Part shown: positions 39,647 to 49,296 of the stretch, piece after piece
How the letters are laid out: each line of letters opens with the position of its first letter
Position numbering within the stretch: position 1 is the first letter of the stretch
Source: an uncultured Gammaproteobacteria bacterium
Lineage (GTDB): Bacteria; Pseudomonadota; Gammaproteobacteria; Poriferisulfidales; GCA-002705445
Direction of reading: 5' to 3'
Assembly: GCA_913031205.1 (NCBI GenBank)
Contig: CAJWEM010000003.1
Location: 3,474-67,473 of the forward strand
DNA length: 64,000 bases
Translations under genes and position numbers: made by a program
Notes under the pieces: model-generated
Database searches by the model: none
Seen by the model: the letters and a program-made list of their open reading frames with translations, nothing else
What the model was told of the DNA's origin: nothing

Positions 39647-39736
39647 TGGCGGAGAGGGAGGGATTCGAACCCACGGTTGATTTGACTCAACACTACCTTT
39701 CCAAGGTAGCACGATAGACCACTCTGACACCTCTCC
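39647..39736 (-). tRNA. tRNA-Ser (anticodon GGA)
   Basis: The reverse complement is GGAGAGGTGTCAGAGTGGTCTATCGTGCTACCTTGGAAAGGTAGTGTTGAGTCAAATCAACCGTGGGTTCGAATCCCTCCCTCTCCGCCA. It has anticodon stem CTACC/GGTAG, loop TT-GGA-AA, a long variable arm and encoded CCA. Confidence 0.9.
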
Positions 39737-39783
39737 GAATGAACAGATGTATTATAATTGGAATAGAAGGTTTTTTAAATTTT

Positions 39784-40119
39784 TTATTTTTCAGTATTAT
39801 TTGTACTTGGTGGGACTGGAAAACTTCCAGAGGGAAATTGTTTGATATTTCCATCAGTTGTTGTTATTTTTGCAACTCCTTCTTTGTCTACTTCATCTAT
39901 ACGTATAATATTATGGCTTGGAATATAAAATCTTTTAACATTCGCAAACTCTGTTTTTAGCTTCTCTTCACTAGGGTCTACGACTAAGCTAGTATTTTTC
40001 CCAAAGACCAAGTCTTCAATAACAATAAATCCATACATATCTGACTGATATACCTCTTTTGAGTATATCTCGTAAACGGAGTTTTGGTTGTAATAGGTTA
40101 TTCTAAAAGTTTTACTCAT
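39784..40119 (-). CDS. DUF1820 family protein
   Basis: 111 aa. FRITYYNQNSVYEIYSKEVYQSDMYGFIVIEDLVFG...VVDPSEEKLK.EF..VKR.YIP.H.IIRIDEV.KEGVAKI matches my recollection of DUF1820. Confidence 0.55.
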   Translation of the reverse strand: MSKTFRITYYNQNSVYEIYSKEVYQSDMYGFIVIEDLVFGKNTSLVVDPSEEKLKTEFANVKRFYIPSHNIIRIDEVDKEGVAKITTTDGNIKQFPSGSFPVPPSTNNTEK

Positions 40120-40126
40120 TCTTCAA

Positions 40127-41452
40127 TCACATACAATCAATTATAGCATCGCCAAATCCGCTACATGTAACTAGTGTAGCTCCTGGCATTAATTCTTCAA
40201 GTTCTTTTACAATCTCCTGACTGCTTTCGTGTTTTTTTACAAGTGTCTGCATTCCGACTCTAACTCTCGCTAAATCATATGTTACAGTTTTGTTAGCTAT
40301 CGCTTGGGCTACACCATTAATAATATTATCAGCAGCTTCTGTCCAACCAATGTATCTCAACATCATTTCAGCAGATAAAATTATTGATCCTGGGTTTACT
40401 CTATTTTTTCCAGCATACTTTGGAGCAGATCCATGAGTTGCTTCGAAAACCGCAACATGATCTGAAATATTTGCACCAGGAGCTATCCCAATACCGCCAA
40501 CTTGAGCAGCTAGTGCATCTGAAATATAGTCACCGTTAAGATTTAAAGTGGCAATTACATCGTAATCCTCAGGTTTTAAAAGTATTTGCTGTAGGAAATT
40601 ATCTGCAATCACATCTTTTATTATGATTTCGCTATTACCGTTTGGATTATTAATTTTACACCACGGTCCGTCATCAATGAGCTCTCCATTAAATTCCTCT
40701 AACGCAAGTTCGTAACCCCAATTCCTAAATGCTCCCTCAGTAAACTTCATTATATTTCCTTTGTGAACTAATGAAACAGACCTGCGATTATTATCAATTG
40801 CATACTGAATCGCTTTTCTAATTAGTCTTTTGGATCCTTCTTGAGATACTGGTTTGATTCCGATGCCTGAAGAATCTGGAAATCTAATTCCGTCGACACT
40901 CATTTCTTTTATTAAAAAATCTAAAACCTTTTGAACCCCTTCTGATTGAGCCTCCCACTCTATCCCTGCATAAATGTCTTCAGTATTTTCTCTGAAAATA
41001 ACCATGTCTGTAGAGCTTGAACTTCTTAATGGTGTTCTTGTTCCTGGAAAATATCTAATTGGCCTTACGCAGGCAAAAAGGTCCATCTCTTGCCTTATGG
41101 CTACATTTAAAGATCTTAAGCCTTCTCCAACTGGAGTAGTTAACGGACCTTTAATTGCAACAACAAATTCTTTGATTGCGTCAAAAGTCTCTTGAGGTAA
41201 ATAGTTATGCTTACCATATTTTTCAACTGCCTTATCTCCAGCAAAAACTTCCATCCAGTGAATTTGTTTTTCATCACCATAAGCTTTACTAACAGCATTA
41301 TTTACTACATTTTGCATTACTGGAGTAATATCAAGTCCAATTCCATCTCCTTGAATAAAAGGAATGATAGGATTATTCGGAACTAAAAGTTTTCCAGCAT
41401 CATCGAATTGGATCTGAGACCCGTTTTTCGGTATTTGAACATGTTCAAACAT
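40127..41452 (-). CDS. icd: NADP-dependent isocitrate dehydrogenase (homodimeric, E. coli Icd type)
   Basis: 441 aa. [30 protein letters not shown] block (the Ser equivalent to E. coli Ser113 is present), [10 protein letters not shown] and the C-terminal [12 protein letters not shown]. Confidence 0.95.
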   Translation of the reverse strand: MFEHVQIPKNGSQIQFDDAGKLLVPNNPIIPFIQGDGIGLDITPVMQNVVNNAVSKAYGDEKQIHWMEVFAGDKAVEKYGKHNYLPQETFDAIKEFVVAIKGPLTTPVGEGLRSLNVAIRQEMDLFACVRPIRYFPGTRTPLRSSSSTDMVIFRENTEDIYAGIEWEAQSEGVQKVLDFLIKEMSVDGIRFPDSSGIGIKPVSQEGSKRLIRKAIQYAIDNNRRSVSLVHKGNIMKFTEGAFRNWGYELALEEFNGELIDDGPWCKINNPNGNSEIIIKDVIADNFLQQILLKPEDYDVIATLNLNGDYISDALAAQVGGIGIAPGANISDHVAVFEATHGSAPKYAGKNRVNPGSIILSAEMMLRYIGWTEAADNIINGVAQAIANKTVTYDLARVRVGMQTLVKKHESSQEIVKELEELMPGATLVTCSGFGDAIIDCM

Positions 41453-41472
41453 AGATAAGCCCTTTGTTCTCT

Positions 41473-42777
41473 TTAAAACTGCTCTTCTTCGGTAGAGCCT
41501 GTAAGTGCAGTAACAGAAGATTCGCCACCTTGAATCACTGTGGTTACATCATCAAAATAACCAGCTCCAACCTCTTGTTGATGGCTAACAAAAGAATAAC
41601 CTTTATCAGAAGCAGCAAACTCTGGTTCCTGAACTTTTTCCACATAGTGTTTCATACCATCTCCAGCTGCATAAGAATGTGCTAAGTCAAACATGTTGTA
41701 CCACATATTATGAATACCAGCTAAAGTAATAAATTGATATTTGTAACCCATGGCACTTAATTCTTTTTGAAATTTTGCAATGGTAGCGTCATCAAGATTT
41801 TTTTTCCAATTGAATGATGGAGAACAGTTATATGCGAGAAGTTGGTCGGGATGTTGCGATTTAACTCCTTCTGCAAACTTTTTAGCAAACTCTAAATCAG
41901 GAGTGCCCGTTTCACACCAGATTAAATCTGCATAAGGTGCGTATGCTAAGCCTCTTGATATAGCTTGGTCAATACCATTGTTTGTTCTATAAAAACCTTC
42001 AGCTGTTCTTTCGCCTGTTAAAAAAGGCTTGTCATTTTCATCATAATCAGACGTAATTAAATTCGCTGCCTCTGCATCGGTTCTAGCCAGAAGTAAAGTT
42101 GGAACCCCCATAACATCAGAGGCTAATCTTGCGGCAATAAGTTTCTGAATAGCTTCTTGAGTTGGAACAAGAACTTTTCCTCCCATATGTCCACATTTCT
42201 TAACTGCTGCTAATTGATCTTCGTAATGTACTCCAGCAGCGCCATTTATTATCATATTTTTCATTAGTTCAAATGCATTTAAAACTCCACCGAAACCAGC
42301 TTCAGCATCTGCCACGATTGGTGCAAAATAGTCAATGTAATCTTTATCACCAGGATTAATATTTTTTGACCACTGGATTTCATCTGCTCGTTTAAAGTTA
42401 TTATTTATTCTTCTTACAACTGTTGGCACTGAATCATAAGCATAAAGAGATTGGTCTGGGTACATTGTTTCTGAAGTATTTGCATCTGCTGCAACTTGCC
42501 ATCCAGACAAGTATATAGCTTCAATTCCTGCTTTAACTTGCTGCATTGCTTGACCGCCTGTTAGAGCGCCTAAGCAATTTACGTATCCTTTTTTTGCGCT
42601 ACCATTTACCAGAGACCATAGTTTTTCAGCTCCTCTTTTCGCTATACTGCATTCTGGTACAAATGAACCTCGAAGTCTTACAACGTCATCAGCTGAATAA
42701 CCTCTTTTTACGTTTGCCCATCTTTGATTTGAACTCCATTCATTTTCTAGTTGTTTTACTTGCTCTTTTCTATCCAT
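41473..42777 (-). CDS. aceA: isocitrate lyase
   Basis: 434 aa. [13 protein letters not shown] catalytic loop, [10 protein letters not shown] and [12 protein letters not shown] blocks. Confidence 0.95.
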   Translation of the reverse strand: MDRKEQVKQLENEWSSNQRWANVKRGYSADDVVRLRGSFVPECSIAKRGAEKLWSLVNGSAKKGYVNCLGALTGGQAMQQVKAGIEAIYLSGWQVAADANTSETMYPDQSLYAYDSVPTVVRRINNNFKRADEIQWSKNINPGDKDYIDYFAPIVADAEAGFGGVLNAFELMKNMIINGAAGVHYEDQLAAVKKCGHMGGKVLVPTQEAIQKLIAARLASDVMGVPTLLLARTDAEAANLITSDYDENDKPFLTGERTAEGFYRTNNGIDQAISRGLAYAPYADLIWCETGTPDLEFAKKFAEGVKSQHPDQLLAYNCSPSFNWKKNLDDATIAKFQKELSAMGYKYQFITLAGIHNMWYNMFDLAHSYAAGDGMKHYVEKVQEPEFAASDKGYSFVSHQQEVGAGYFDDVTTVIQGGESSVTALTGSTEEEQF

Positions 42778-42999
42778 CTTGATCTCCTGATGTATGTAGA
42801 AATAATTAAAATTATTCTTTAATTTGTTTTAGATTTGGAAAATTTCTATTCTTATCTTAATGCGTGCGATATATTAACAATTTATTAGCCTTTAGTCCTT
42901 AAAAATTTTAATATCTTTGATAAAAATTAGATATGCTGCTAATATCTTGTTTTTACGTAAAGTTTAGCTTCACAATAATTGTATAAACCTTTAATTTTT

Positions 43000-43497
43000 A
43001 TGACAAATAAATCAAAATTTAAAACCGCAGACCTATGTGACGACCATAGTGATGATTTAATCATTTTAAATCAACAATTTAATAGCTATGGTAAAGTAGA
43101 TTCTTTTTATGGGCAAATTAGCACTGTTAAATGTTTCAATGATAATTCAAAGGTAAGGGAAGCGGTAAATTCAGAAGGAAGCAGAAAAGTGCTTGTCGTT
43201 GATGGCAACGCCTCTACAGATTGCGCTCTTCTTGGAGACATGCTCGCAGAAGCTGCGGTTAAAAATAACTGGTCTGGCATAATTGTTAATGGATGTATAA
43301 GAGATTCTGATGTTATAGCAAATATAGATTTAGGCGTTTTTGCTTTGTCTACTATACCTTTAAAAAGTGTTAAGAAAAATATAGGTGACAGAGATGTTCT
43401 GGTTAATTTTATGGGGATCGATTTTAATCCTGGGGATTACATATATGCTGATCTTGATGGGATTATCATTAGTAAAAAAGAATTAGATATTAGCTAA
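43000..43497 (+). CDS. rraA: RraA family protein (RNase E regulator / HMG-CHA aldolase family)
   Basis: TADLCDDH N-terminus, VLVVDG and GDMLAEAAVKNNWSGIIVNGCIRD blocks. I trimmed the start to the ATG at 43000. Confidence 0.85.
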   Translation: MTNKSKFKTADLCDDHSDDLIILNQQFNSYGKVDSFYGQISTVKCFNDNSKVREAVNSEGSRKVLVVDGNASTDCALLGDMLAEAAVKNNWSGIIVNGCIRDSDVIANIDLGVFALSTIPLKSVKKNIGDRDVLVNFMGIDFNPGDYIYADLDGIIISKKELDIS

Positions 43498-44290
43498 ACG
43501 AAGGTTTTCTTCTATGGTAATACTTAATATCCCTGAAACTTGTTTTACCTTCAGCTCCAACACCAAGATACATTTCTTTTACATCAGGCCTCTCAAGTAA
43601 TTCTTTCGCTTTACCTTTTAAAATAACTCTGCCGTTCTCAATAATGTATCCATCATCTGCATATTTCAATGCAACCATTGCGTTTTGTTCAGCAATTAAA
43701 AAGCTTACACCTTCTTTATTCAAATTTTTTACTATTGCAAAAATCTCTTCAACTAGCTGAGGAGCAAGCCCCATAGATGGTTCGTCAAGAAGAATTAATT
43801 TTGGTCGTGACATTAATGCCCTTCCCATTGCAATCATTTGCTGTTCTCCTCCAGATGTAAACCCTGCTAAACTTTTCTTTCTAATTCTAATTCTTTCGAA
43901 GTGATCATAAACTCTTTCTAAATCTTGTTTTGCTTCTTTTGGATTCTCTCTGATAAAAGAGCCAGTCATAATATTCTCTTCAACGGTTAAATGCGAAAAG
44001 CAATGTCTTCCTTCTAGAACCTGTACCACGCCATCCTTAACTAGATTATATGCATCAGTTTTTGATATATCATTTTCGTTATACTCAATTGAGCCTTTAG
44101 TTATTGCCCCTCTTTCTGCATGAAGGAGATTAGAGCAAGCTTTTAGTGTTGTGGTTTTACCCGAACCATTCGCGCCTAGTAAAGAAACAACCTTCCCTTC
44201 TTCAACGTCAAGAGTCACGCCTCTTAATGCTAAAATCACGTGGTTGTATACTACTTCAATGTTATTTACTTTTAGTAATGATTTAGACAT
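43490..44290 (-). CDS. LIV-type (HAAT family) ABC transporter ATP-binding protein, LivF-like
   Basis: 266 aa. GANGSGKTT, SGGEQQM and LILLDEPSMGLAP motifs. About 30-aa basic C-terminal extension. Confidence 0.85.
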   Translation of the reverse strand: MSKSLLKVNNIEVVYNHVILALRGVTLDVEEGKVVSLLGANGSGKTTTLKACSNLLHAERGAITKGSIEYNENDISKTDAYNLVKDGVVQVLEGRHCFSHLTVEENIMTGSFIRENPKEAKQDLERVYDHFERIRIRKKSLAGFTSGGEQQMIAMGRALMSRPKLILLDEPSMGLAPQLVEEIFAIVKNLNKEGVSFLIAEQNAMVALKYADDGYIIENGRVILKGKAKELLERPDVKEMYLGVGAEGKTSFRDIKYYHRRKPSFS

Positions 44291-44317
44291 TTATTTTCAC
44301 CCCGTTTAATAAAACTT

Positions 44318-45412
44318 TTAATGTGGATATGGCCACATTCTTAATTTTTGTTTTGTTGTTGCCCATAGAGCAGCAAAACCACCTGGTTCCCTAATTAACA
44401 ACGCAATAATAAAAATACCGTAAACCATATTCGATACATTTTCTACAACAGCCGTGTTAAATGCACCTTTGAATATTGTGTCACCAATCCATGTAAATAC
44501 TATTGGAAACTCATAAACAAATATAGCTCCAAGCCAAGATCCAGATATTGATCCAAGTCCACCAATTATTAACATGAATAAGATTGTAAATGAGCGATCA
44601 ATTTCGTAGATCATTAAATCAACATTTCCAATGTACAAGAAAGAATATATTCCTCCTGCAACACCACAATAAAAACAACTAACAAAGAAAGCTAATAATT
44701 TTGTTCTAGGAACACTAATGCCCATTACGCTTGCAGCAATATCTCTGTCCCTCACTGACATAAAGTTTCTTCCCGTATTACTTCTTAATAAATTTTTTGC
44801 AAAATATGTTAATGCTAAACATACAGTTAAAGCTAGGACATATCTTGCAGGGTATCCTTGCATGTCTACACCTAATAAATTACCCAGTCCCCAGTAGTCA
44901 TACATTTTTGGAGGAATGGCTACAACTCCAGAAGATTCATAATTCAAAAACCATGCGTATGAATTAAAAAACCACCAAACAAAATATTGCGCAGCTAAAG
45001 TTGATACCAATAAATAAAAACCTTTAATTCTTATTGCAGGTAATCCAAAGATGATGCCTACTAATCCTGCAAAAATTCCAGAGAACAATAAAGCTACAGG
45101 TAGAGACATTAAAGCTTCGGGCATTCTTAACATTAAGTTGTATGTACTGAAAGCGCCTACGCACATAAATCCAGCAGTACCTAGAGAAAGTTGGCCTGTC
45201 AATCCTGTTAATATATTTAAACCAACTGTTGCAAGTCCAACGGCTAAAATTGGAATTACATGAGCACTTAAAGTATATTCGGAAGTTGTTGGAACATATA
45301 AATATAAGATTAGAAGCCCAAGGATGACGATAATTTTGTCAAATTTGAGTGGAAAGATTTCTCTATCTTTAAAATAGTTTGTTACAAAATTTCCAGTTTC
45401 TCTATAAATCAT
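44318..45412 (-). CDS. LIV-type ABC permease, LivM-like
   Basis: 364 aa polytopic protein with the GQLSLGTAGFMCVGAF motif. Confidence 0.85.
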   Translation of the reverse strand: MIYRETGNFVTNYFKDREIFPLKFDKIIVILGLLILYLYVPTTSEYTLSAHVIPILAVGLATVGLNILTGLTGQLSLGTAGFMCVGAFSTYNLMLRMPEALMSLPVALLFSGIFAGLVGIIFGLPAIRIKGFYLLVSTLAAQYFVWWFFNSYAWFLNYESSGVVAIPPKMYDYWGLGNLLGVDMQGYPARYVLALTVCLALTYFAKNLLRSNTGRNFMSVRDRDIAASVMGISVPRTKLLAFFVSCFYCGVAGGIYSFLYIGNVDLMIYEIDRSFTILFMLIIGGLGSISGSWLGAIFVYEFPIVFTWIGDTIFKGAFNTAVVENVSNMVYGIFIIALLIREPGGFAALWATTKQKLRMWPYPH

Positions 45413-45418
45413 TTTTAA

Positions 45419-46348
45419 TTACACCCTTTCAATTAATTTTTCTCCAAACATTCCCTGAGGCCTAAATATTAAAAATATTAAAGCCATGAAGTAAGCAAAC
45501 CAAAGCTCTATACCTTGTCCGCCAAAAACGTCTGCCAAATAAATTTCACCTAGCTTTTCACCAACACCAATAACAAGTCCGCCAACAATCGCTCCAGGTA
45601 TAGAAGTTAATCCACCAATTAATATTACAGGTAAAGCCTTCATAACTGCCTCTATAAGAGTAAAGGATACGCTGACTCTCTCAGCCCAAAGTAATCCTGC
45701 AACAAGAGCAATTACTCCTGTAACGGCCCAGACAACTGCCCAAACTGTTTGCAAAGGAATTCCAACCGCCATAGCAGCCATATGATCATCAGATACTGCT
45801 CTTAAAGATAAGCCGGTTTTTGTTTTTTGAAAGAAAAAAGCAAGAACAACAATTAGAGATCCTGCAACTAATGATGCAAAGATATCAAATTTTGGAATTA
45901 AAATATCCAGCCATGGTATATGATCGGACATAAATATAGGCGCAGGATCTAATAAACCAATATCTAAAAACTTACTCATTTGTAAGCCATGAACATCTGA
46001 ATCCCATACAAACTGAGAAAAGCCTTCTTGAAAAGTTGCTAAACCTACTGTAGCCATAAATAAAGCTAATAAATCTTGGTTCGCTAAAGGTCTTATAACA
46101 TACCTTTCTGTAGCAATACCAAAAATAACCATGATTCCAGCTGCTATAAATAAAGAAGTCCAAAAGTCGATACCGTTTTCAGTCATTTTAACAAAGGTTA
46201 AAGAAGCAAATAACAGCATGGTACCTTGCGCAAAGTTGAATATACCTGAAGATTTATAGATTAAAACGAAGCCAATAGCGACCAAGGAATACATCACTCC
46301 TGACATTAAACCACCAACTAGAACTTCTATTAAATATACCCAATCCAT
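45419..46348 (-). CDS. LIV-type ABC permease, LivH-like
   Basis: 309 aa. GVMYSLVAIGFVLIYKSSGIFNFAQG motif. Confidence 0.85.
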   Translation of the reverse strand: MDWVYLIEVLVGGLMSGVMYSLVAIGFVLIYKSSGIFNFAQGTMLLFASLTFVKMTENGIDFWTSLFIAAGIMVIFGIATERYVIRPLANQDLLALFMATVGLATFQEGFSQFVWDSDVHGLQMSKFLDIGLLDPAPIFMSDHIPWLDILIPKFDIFASLVAGSLIVVLAFFFQKTKTGLSLRAVSDDHMAAMAVGIPLQTVWAVVWAVTGVIALVAGLLWAERVSVSFTLIEAVMKALPVILIGGLTSIPGAIVGGLVIGVGEKLGEIYLADVFGGQGIELWFAYFMALIFLIFRPQGMFGEKLIERV

Positions 46349-46360
46349 AATTCCCCCAGT

Positions 46361-47128
46361 TTAATGACTAACTCCAAGATACGCATCTATAACATCCTGA
46401 TTCGACATTACTTCGCTTGGTGTGCCATCACCTATTTTTTTTCCATAATCTAATACTACCACATGATCTGAAATATCCATTACAACTCCCATATCATGTT
46501 CTATCATGACTGTTGTAATACCCTGCTCTTTATTAATTTCTAAAATAAAACAGGACATATCAGCTTTTTCCTCTAAATTCATTCCAGCCATCGGCTCGTC
46601 TAATAAAAGAATTTTTGGTTCCGCAACAAGTGCTCTTCCTAACTCAACTCTTTTTTGCAATCCATATGGAAGTTTAGATACCGGAGTTTTTCTGATAGAT
46701 TCGATTTGAAGAAACTTTATAACTTTTTCGACAGCGAGCCTATTAACTTTTTCTTCTGTACGCGCTCTACCAATATTTAATCCTTGTTCAAGCCAGCTTG
46801 ATTTCATAAATAAATTTCGCCCTGTCATTATATTTTCTAAAACTGTCATACCTTGGAATAAAGCAATATTTTGGAATGTTCTTGCCATGCCGGCTATCGC
46901 TGCGTCTCTTGGGTTGATTGATCTTCTCTCAACTCCATCGTAAGTAACTGTTCCAATTTGGGGAAGGTAAACTCCATTTATTACATTAAGCATAGAACTT
47001 TTCCCAGCTCCATTTGGACCGATAACTGCGCAAATTTCGCCTTCTTTAACATTAAAACTTATGTCAGTTATGGCTTTTACACCACCAAATGTTAATGTTA
47101 CGTTTTCTACTTTTAATATGTCTGACAT
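46361..47128 (-). CDS. LIV-type ABC transporter ATP-binding protein, LivG-like
   Basis: 255 aa. GPNGAGKSS, LPYGLQKRVELGRAL and LLLDEPMAGMN motifs. Confidence 0.85.
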   Translation of the reverse strand: MSDILKVENVTLTFGGVKAITDISFNVKEGEICAVIGPNGAGKSSMLNVINGVYLPQIGTVTYDGVERRSINPRDAAIAGMARTFQNIALFQGMTVLENIMTGRNLFMKSSWLEQGLNIGRARTEEKVNRLAVEKVIKFLQIESIRKTPVSKLPYGLQKRVELGRALVAEPKILLLDEPMAGMNLEEKADMSCFILEINKEQGITTVMIEHDMGVVMDISDHVVVLDYGKKIGDGTPSEVMSNQDVIDAYLGVSH

Positions 47129-47142
47129 TTTTGTCCTTATAA

Positions 47143-48954
47143 TTAAATATCGTTTACTTTTAATTCGTAAGATAGCTGATCTATATCATTAACTTTTATA
47201 TTGCTCTCATTATTTTCAATTGCAGAAAAAACATCGCTCAAGTTCTTTGAAATATTTTTTCTCATTACCTCCATGGTTTTTGAAACTTCGCCAGCATTCA
47301 TAATAAGTGTTCTATGTAATATAACAAATTTTTTAACCTTTAATTCCGCTTCTAAGGTTTCATTAACACATTTAATGTGATCCATTATTAAGTTACGCAC
47401 CTCATCTTTACCTGCAAGTTCGGCATATCCTGTATACCTTATATTTTTTCTATCAGCCCAAGAGTTGACAGAATTTGGGTCAATAACAATAATTGCGGAA
47501 TTTGAATCTTGATTATCTCCAACAATTACTGTTGACTTTATAAATGGGCTACATGAAATCAAATTTTCAACACTCTCGGGTGAAAATTTCTTACCTGATT
47601 TCATTGTGATTATATCTTCTGTTCTTCCGTTTATAATTAAGTTGCCTGACTCGTCAATGCTTCCAACATATCCAGAATTGAACCATCCATCTTCAGAGTT
47701 TTCTCCTCCGTCAACATCTTCGCCTAAGCAGTCTGTTTTGAAATAAACTTCTGAGTTATCGTTAATCTTAACCTCTGCTCCAGACATTGGGGCTCCAACA
47801 TTTTCAGAAGAAACAGAGTGATCGGGTTGAACAGAAATACATCCACAAGAAACAGCTTGTCCAAAAGAATGTTGTATCTCAACTCCTATTGCATGAAAAA
47901 AATTAAAATTAACTTTTGATAAAACGCCATCGCTGACGAAAGCATGTTTAATTTTTGTAAGTCCAAAAACGTTTTTCGCAGGTGCGAAAGTCGTAAGCAT
48001 AATCCAAGCTTTCCAAATTGTATCTATTAGACTTTTATTTCCTGAAACCTCTCTATCATAGATTTGCATAAGCTTACTATAGTGCCACATGTATCTCTGA
48101 TAATTTGATTCGGATGCAGACTCAATTCTGTAACTAATCGAAGATATAATGTGTTTAAAAACAAAAGATGGTGCGTATAAAATAGTTGGGCCAATTTCTT
48201 GTAGATCTTTTTCAATCGTTTGATTACTTTCTGGTAAATTGAAAGACATGCCGCTTACTAAAGAAGTGATATATGTAAATAATAAATTTGTAGAAATAGA
48301 TAATGGAAGATAAGAAACTATTGAATCTTTATTTGATAATTTATTTAAATCGCAAATTTTTGAACTGTTTCGTATTATTGGATCATGAGAAACTTTATAA
48401 ATTTTATTTTCATGTTCATCAAATAAGTAAAATGCTATATCGTTATCAGAAATAGATTGAATTTGGCTATCAATATTACTATTTACAGATTTTGATACCA
48501 AGTCATCATAAGAGTTTAATTTTGTATTTTCATAACTGCTCAATCCTCTTCCATCAAGATAAACGACAGTATTGATATTGCATTCTGACTCAACCTTTAA
48601 AAAAGTATCAACTTGTTGCTGATCTTCAGCAATCAAAACTTCAGCTTTTGAACTATTCAAAATAGTTGTTAATTCACTTTCGGTAGATTCTGGATGTATC
48701 AGAGCAACAATACCCCCAAGAGTTTGAACTGCAGCTATTGAAAATATCAACTTTGGTATATTGTTACCATAAACGGCAACTATAGTGCCTTTGGAAACAG
48801 ATAAATTTTTATAAGCATCAACGAGGATAGCAACTTCATTATAATACTCTTCCCAGGAGTAAGAATTCCATATTCCAAGCTGCTTATATCTTAATGCTAC
48901 AGCATTTGGAATAGTCTGTTTGTTTGATAGTACTAACCCAGGGATAGTTGCCAT
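47143..48954 (-). CDS. acyl-CoA synthetase (AMP-forming)-like protein with a degenerate P-loop motif
   Basis: 603 aa. Overall ANL-superfamily layout, with C-terminal GRTEDIITMKSGKKFSPESVE and EVSKTMEVMRK blocks. Where TSGTTGxPKG is expected the sequence reads FDEHENKIYK, and where TGD is expected it reads SGY. Confidence 0.7.
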   Translation of the reverse strand: MATIPGLVLSNKQTIPNAVALRYKQLGIWNSYSWEEYYNEVAILVDAYKNLSVSKGTIVAVYGNNIPKLIFSIAAVQTLGGIVALIHPESTESELTTILNSSKAEVLIAEDQQQVDTFLKVESECNINTVVYLDGRGLSSYENTKLNSYDDLVSKSVNSNIDSQIQSISDNDIAFYLFDEHENKIYKVSHDPIIRNSSKICDLNKLSNKDSIVSYLPLSISTNLLFTYITSLVSGMSFNLPESNQTIEKDLQEIGPTILYAPSFVFKHIISSISYRIESASESNYQRYMWHYSKLMQIYDREVSGNKSLIDTIWKAWIMLTTFAPAKNVFGLTKIKHAFVSDGVLSKVNFNFFHAIGVEIQHSFGQAVSCGCISVQPDHSVSSENVGAPMSGAEVKINDNSEVYFKTDCLGEDVDGGENSEDGWFNSGYVGSIDESGNLIINGRTEDIITMKSGKKFSPESVENLISCSPFIKSTVIVGDNQDSNSAIIVIDPNSVNSWADRKNIRYTGYAELAGKDEVRNLIMDHIKCVNETLEAELKVKKFVILHRTLIMNAGEVSKTMEVMRKNISKNLSDVFSAIENNESNIKVNDIDQLSYELKVNDI

Positions 48955-49097
48955 TTAACTTATTTCTCTCAATTTTTATTATAATATTGATTTGAAACGA
49001 TTTATTTCGTTTCTTATTATTATTCTTTAATTCTTATACTTATTATACATATAACTATCTAAGAGTTGTAAATTACACCAATGTTCGCTTTCTGACA

Positions 49098-49130
49098 AGA
49101 TATATATATCTATTAATTAATATATATATA
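49098..49130. repeat. A/T-dominated palindromic low-complexity tract
   Basis: AGATATATATATCT (a perfect 14-bp palindrome, 49098-49111), then ATTAATTAAT (a 10-bp palindrome, 49112-49121), then (AT)n. A second TA tract lies at 49267-49290. Confidence 0.6.
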
Positions 49131-49296
49131 AGCTTTATTAGTATATTATTATTTATTTATGTATTTGAAAAACACAACATGTAGTGTTAATATGACTATC
49201 CAAGTACTATAGAATCAGAGAGAATTCGTTATTACTTGTAGAGCTCACAAAATACACAGCGTTCCTAATATATATATAATTCTATATATATTACCA

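Noticed and set aside
39586-39800. tRNA-Ser(GGA) and tRNA-Ser(UGA) loci considered as genomic-island integration sites
   Set aside because: There is no integrase, no partial duplication of the tRNA 3' end that I could spot nearby, and the flanking genes are ordinary housekeeping or membrane genes.
49098-49290. TA-rich repeats considered as a CRISPR array, microsatellite or IS terminal repeats
   Set aside because: There is no repeat-spacer periodicity and no cas or transposase gene. The units are simple (TA)n palindromes expected in about 15-20% GC intergenic DNA. I kept them only as possible regulatory or structural DNA.
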